Below are positions 63,526 through 64,000 of a DNA stretch of 64,000 nt, one piece after another. The stretch is taken from assembly GCF_006345805.1 (NCBI RefSeq), contig NC_043001.1:72974001-73038000 (forward strand). The letters are read 5' to 3'. Source of the DNA: Octopus sinensis (Eukaryota). Under the pieces are notes generated by a model. That model ran no database searches. It had not been told where the DNA came from and saw only the letters and a program-made list of their open reading frames with translations. Within the stretch, counting starts at the first letter, position 1; every line of letters starts with the position of its first letter. The position numbers were made by a program, and so were the translations under genes.

Positions 63526-64000
63526 TTATTATTATTATTATCCTATTAGATGCTTTAGAATGCTAATATTATTATAAATTTGTTTACTTAGTCTAGACAA
63601 TGGAAGATCAGTGACCTTCAAGTAAATAAAATCCACCCCCTCCTTCTGATTCATCTCACTATTCAAGGCAAATATTCTGTACTGCTATTTCCTGTTTATA
63701 TCAATAAAATAGTTTGTAGTTATTTTGTTTTTTACATCCTCTCTTTATTTAATACAATTTCAACACATGTACACATATGTAGACAGAGGCACATATGTAC
63801 TTACATCTATGTATGTAAATATGTAGAAGGCCTGAACATTTGCATATATTTGTGTTTGTATGTGTGCATACAGACACACACACTGTCTTTATAATACAGG
63901 GTAACCATGTATCTCCTCTACAGCAAGATATCTGTGCTGGTTCCTTTATTGCACTTTAGCTTCTCAACACCTGTCATAAAGCTACCTCCTTCTCTACTGC

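Overview
AT-rich, microsatellite-dense animal genomic DNA. The repeat content (three tRNA-derived SINE families, an abundant RTE-type LINE with (GAT)n tails, many (TA)n/(CA)n arrays) looks like an octopus/coleoid cephalopod intron or intergenic region; that taxon call is my inference. I find no intact host protein-coding gene. The ORFs with recognisable homology are decayed retroelement pieces (RTE LINEs, three R4/Dong-like RLE elements, a Gypsy integrase end with PPT and 3' LTR). Most other ORFs are microsatellite read-through. The main unexpected signal is a set of short elements, mostly inserted in TA microsatellites and five of them long fold-backs, each carrying a hammerhead ribozyme motif. 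Seven loci from about six unrelated sequence families have a type-I fold with a palindromic helix III (some restored only after reversing CpG decay), as described for Penelope-like pLTRs. They include natural 3-8 covariants (C3-G8, G3-C8, U3-A8), an A6U variant, an 82-nt loop II, and a fold-back whose second arm starts at the predicted cleavage site. An eighth locus looks circularly permuted. All folds were assigned by eye and none has been tested for cleavage.
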